Source: Macrostomum lignano
Lineage: Eukaryota
Reading direction: 5' to 3'
DNA length: 61,004 nt
Assembly: GCA_002269645.1 (NCBI GenBank)
Contig: NIVC01004087.1
Span: 1 to 61,004, forward strand
Below are positions 56,801 through 61,004 of the stretch, in pieces (position 1 is the stretch's first letter; every line of letters starts with the position of its first letter). A program made the position numbers and the translations under genes. The notes beneath the pieces are model-generated. The model was not told the DNA's origin. It saw nothing but the letters and a program-made list of their open reading frames with translations, and did not search any database.

Positions 56801-58596
56801 ATAATCTTCATCAAACCGGCTGATTCCTTCTCTAACTGTCTCTGTGTGTCCAGCACCTAAGTCTATCATGAATTCAGAATGAGCTGAGTTTGGCCTAGCT
56901 CAGCATTTTCACTCAAACACAGAGGACTTGAGAGCCGCTATAATCTTCATCAAACCGGCTGATTCCTTCTCTAACTGTCTCTGTGTATCCCAGCACCTGA
57001 GTCTATCATGAATTCAGAATGAGCTGAGTTTGGCCTAGCTCAGCATTTTCACTCAAACACAGAGAGGACTTGAGAGCCGCTATAATCTTCATCAAACCGG
57101 CTGATTCCTTCTCTAACTGTCTCTGTGTATCCCAGCACCTGAGTCTATCATGAATTCAGAATGAGCTGAGTTTGGCCTAGCTCAGCATTTTCACTCAAAC
57201 ACAGAGAGGACTTGAGAGCCGCTATAATCTTCATCAAACCGGCTGATTCCTTCTCTAACTGTCTCTGTGTATCCCAGCACCTGAGTCTATCATGAATTCA
57301 GAATGAGCTGAGTTTGGCCTAGCTCAGCATTTTCACTCAAACACAGAGAGGACTTGAGAGCCGCTATAATCTTCATCAAACGGCTGATTCCTTCTCTAAC
57401 TGTCTCTGTGTATCCAGCACCTGAGTCTATCATGAATTCAGAATGAGCTGAGTTTGGCCTAGCTCAGCATTTTCACTCAGAGAGGACTTGAGAGCGCTAT
57501 AATCTTCATCAAACCGGCTGATTCCTTCTCTAACTGTCTCTGTGTATCCAGCACCTGAGTCTATCATGAATTCAGAATGAGCTGAGTTTGGCCTAGCTCA
57601 GCATTTTCACTCAAACACAGAGAGGACTTGAGAGCCGCTATAATCTTCATCAAACCGGCTGATTCCTTCTCTAACTGTCTCTGTGTATCCCAGCACCTGA
57701 GTCTATCATGAATTCAGAATGAGCTGAGTTTGGCCTAGCTCAGCATTTTCACTCAAACACAGAGAGGACTTGAGAGCCGCTATAATCTTCATCAAACCGG
57801 CTGATTCCTTCTCTAACTGTCTCTGTGTATCCCAGCACCTGAGTCTATCATGAATTCAGAATGAGCTGAGTTTGGCCTAGCTCAGCATTTTCACTCAAAC
57901 ACAGAGAGACTTGAGAGCCGCTATAATCTTCATCAAACCGGCTGATTCCTTCTCTAACTGTCTCTGTGTATCCCAGCACCTGAGTCTATCATGAATTCAG
58001 AATGAGCTGAGTTTGGCCTAGCTCAGCATTTTCACTCAAACACAGAGAGGACTTGAGAGCCGCTATAATCTTCATCAAACCGGCTGATTCCTTCTCTAAC
58101 TGTCTCTGTGTATCCAGCACCTAAGTCTATCATGAATTCAGAATGAGCTGAGTTTGGCCTAGCTCAGCATTTTCACTCAAACACAGAGGACTTGAGAGCC
58201 GCTATAATCTTCATCAAACCGGCTGATTCCTTCTCTAACTGTCTCTGTGTATCCCAGCACCTGAGTCTATCATGAATTCAGAATGAGCTGAGTTTGGCCT
58301 AGCTCAGCATTTTCACTCAAACACAGAGAGGACTTGAGAGCCGCATAATCTTCATCAAACCGACTGATTCCTTCTCTAACTGTCTCTGTGTATCCCAGCA
58401 CCTGAGTCTATCATGAATTCAGAATGAGCTGAGTTTGGCCTAGCTCAGCATTTTCACTCAAACACAGAGAGGACTTGAGAGCCGCTATAATCTTCATCAA
58501 ACCGGCTGATTCCTTCTCTAACTGTCTCTGTGTATCCCAGCACCTGAGTCTATCATGAATTCAGAATGAGCTGAGTTTGGCCTAGCTCAGCATTTT
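50854..58596 (+). repeat. 142-bp satellite, ~54.5 near-identical copies (7.7 kb)
   Basis: Unit starts at 50854, 50996 and 51138 (period 142). There are no unique spacers and no ORF of 60 aa or more. Confidence 0.98.
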
Positions 58597-58920
58597 AACT
58601 TTAAAATACAGAAACCATTTCGCTCTTTCGGCTCTTTCGCGTAATTGACCAGAACAACCAATTAGGGGCTAATTACGGTAGTTAGTAATTGATAGCCATA
58701 AATCTAGGATGAGTTCTCGGAGAAAATTAGGAGTTTAGGTACAAATTAGAGTTTATTAAGTTATGTAGATATGTATCTTCAATTACTAATCTTTAAACAA
58801 GGTGTTTTAGGCTATACGAGTACTATAGGCCTACGTTTTGCTTTAGGCCCTAGTGACTGAAATTTCCGATAGGCCAAATGTATATTTTCTTTCGATATGC
58901 CCATTAATGTTGGTTCTATT

Positions 58921-59198
58921 TAGTGGCGGTGCAGCCTTGGCGGTGCGCAGTGGCGGCGATGCTGATTAAGGTAAATTCTGTGGATTAAGGGGGAGGGGCG
59001 GTGGTTGGGTTTTCAAACCCCTCCCTCAGCGAATTTTTAAAATTAGAGTATACGCTATAATCTCACAAAAAACGCATACAACGAGCGCTAAAAAACTAAT
59101 GGTGGGTCACCCCACGGAAGGATGGTTAGGGTGGTCTTAGGAGGGTGGTCACCGCGGGGCAGCAGCCCTCTCTGCCCCCCAACTTGGCGCCGCCACTG
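58921..59198. mobile_element. hAT-type MITE, ~278 bp
   Basis: Ends TAGTGGCGG.. / ..CCGCCACTG. The 8-bp flanks GTTCTATT and GTTGTATT differ by one base. Confidence 0.6.
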
Positions 59199-59581
59199 GT
59201 TGTATTGATGAGCCTAGGCCGACGTACGCGCAATGGTCCTAGTTCTGCGCAAAAATAAGGATATGGAGCCTGGCTGTGGCATGTGAATGTGAGAATTCGC
59301 GTTAGTCATCCAAGAGTAAAAATTCGCGGTCTGGTTCCTATTGGCTGGTTTGAAATCCCACAGCTCAAGTAGGCTGACTCTTACATTGGTAGGCCTAGTA
59401 TTTCCTCACTACAGGCCAGCTTTAAAACTAGGCATAGGCTAGCTCTAAGAAGGCTAGGCCCTGAGTATTTATCCAAGTCTTGTTATCATTTTTTAACCAG
59501 CTTTTAAGGTAAGTACATTAAACTTTTACAATAATATCAAAACCTATTTTCCATTCAATTTCAAAAAACAGGCTTACAGGG

Positions 59582-61004
59582 AGTCTGTCTATCAATCTAC
59601 TTGGATCAAGGGTGCCTCTCTAACTGCTTCTGTCTATCAATCTACTTGGATCAAGGGCGCCTCTCTAACTGCTTCTGTCTATCAATCTACTTGGATCAAG
59701 GGTGCCTCTCTAACTGCTTTGCTGTCTATCAATCTACTTGGATCAAGGGCTGCCTCTCTAAACTGCTTCTGTCTATCAATCTACTTGGATCAAGGGCGCC
59801 TCTCTAACTGCCTTCTGTCTATCAATCTACTTGGATCAAGGGTGCCTCTCTAACTGCTTCTGTCTATCAATCTACTTGGATCAAGGGCGCCTCTCTAACT
59901 GCTTCTGTCTATCAATCTACTTGGATCAAGGGCGCCTCTCTAACTGCTTCTGTCCATCAATCTACATGTATGAAGGGCGCCTCTCTAACTGCATCTGTCC
60001 ATCAATCTACATGTATAAGGGCGCCTCTCTAACTGCTTCTGTCTATCAATCTACTTGGATCAAGGGCGCCTCTCTAACTGCTTCTGTCTATCAATCTACT
60101 TGGATCAAGGGCGCCTCTCTAACTGCTTCTGTCTATCAATCTACTTGGATCAAGGGCGCCTCTCTAACTGCTTCTGTCTATCAATCTACTTGTATCAAGG
60201 GCGCCTCTCTAACTGCTTCTGTCCATCAATCTACATGTATGAAGGGCGCCTCTCTAACTGCGAATTCTGTCCATCAATCTACTTGTATGAAGGGCGCCTC
60301 TCTAACTGCTTCTGTCTATCAATCTACTTGGATCAAGGGCGCCTCTCTAACTGCTTCTGTCTATCAATCTACTTGGATCAAGGGCGCCTCTCTAACTGCT
60401 TCTGTCTATCAATCTACATGTTATGAAGGGCGCCTCTCTAACTGCTTCTGTCCATCAATCTACATGTATGAAGGGCGCCTCTCTAACTGCTTCTGTCCAT
60501 CAATCTACATGTATGAAGGGCGCCTCTCTAACTGCTTCTGTCCATCAATCTACATGTATGAAAGGCGCCTCTCTAACTGCTTCTGTCCATCAATCTACAT
60601 GTAGAAGGGCGCCTCTCTAACTGCTTCTGTCCATCAATCTACATGTATGAAGGGCGCCTCTCTAACTGCTTCTGTCCATCAATCTACATGTATGAAGGGC
60701 GCCTCTCTAACTGCCTTCTGTCTATCAATCTACTTGGATCAAGGGCGCCTCTCTAACTGCCTTCTGTCTATCAATCTACTTGGATCAAGGCGCCTCTCTA
60801 ACTGCTTCTGTCTATCAATCTACATGTATGAATGGCGCCTCTCTAACTGCTTCTGTCTATCAATCTACTTGATCAAGGGCGCTCTCTAACTGCTTCTGTC
60901 CATCAATCTACATGTATGAAGGGCGCCTCTCTAACTGCTTCTGTCTATCAATCTACTTGGTATCAAGGCGCCTCTCTAACTGCAACTGCTTCTGTCTATC
61001 AATC
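59582..61004. repeat. 45-bp minisatellite (CTGTCTATCAATCTACTTGGATCAAGGGCGCCTCTCTAACTGCTT), runs off the window
   Basis: Seen directly. It gives a 15-aa periodicity in the ORF track. Confidence 0.95.

Noticed and set aside
50854-58596. CRISPR array or hammerhead-ribozyme satellite
   Set aside because: The units are identical with no unique spacers, and the context is eukaryotic. There is no CUGANGA core on either strand. A TTGATGA..GAAA arrangement on the minus strand lacks a pairing stem I.

Overview
This is eukaryotic, animal genomic DNA with GC3-rich coding exons and GT-AG introns. It is extremely rich in tandem repeats. That style is consistent with a free-living flatworm such as Macrostomum, but the species is my inference. 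Two genes can be rebuilt exon by exon with compatible splice phases. (1) A 9-coding-exon tektin on the minus strand (19490->11118, 488 aa), in which almost every intron holds its own minisatellite. (2) A 6-coding-exon arginine-kinase-type phosphagen kinase on the plus strand (31807->42415, 1456 aa) with FOUR contiguous catalytic domains. This kinase is built from three ~99%-identical copies of a symmetric phase 1-1, 1080-nt, circularly permuted exon separated by unrelated introns, so exon skipping could give in-frame 1-, 2-, 3- or 4-domain enzymes. Mobile elements with directly visible ends are: a complete mariner (29-bp TIRs, TA TSD, one nonsense codon); a 5'-inverted (twin-primed) RTE retrotransposon with a 12-bp TSD; a THAP/P-element-family relic (32-bp TIRs, 8-bp TSD) just upstream of the kinase promoter; two hAT non-autonomous elements; a second mariner relic; and two tRNA-derived SINEs. 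A 7.7-kb array of a 142-bp satellite starts directly behind a TATA box. Weaker candidates are a minus-strand membrane-protein gene (0.7-8.9 kb), an antisense exon nested in a kinase intron, and the first exon of an ANKS1/Caskin-like ankyrin protein. All coordinates and counts come from manual reading, and no database searches were run.
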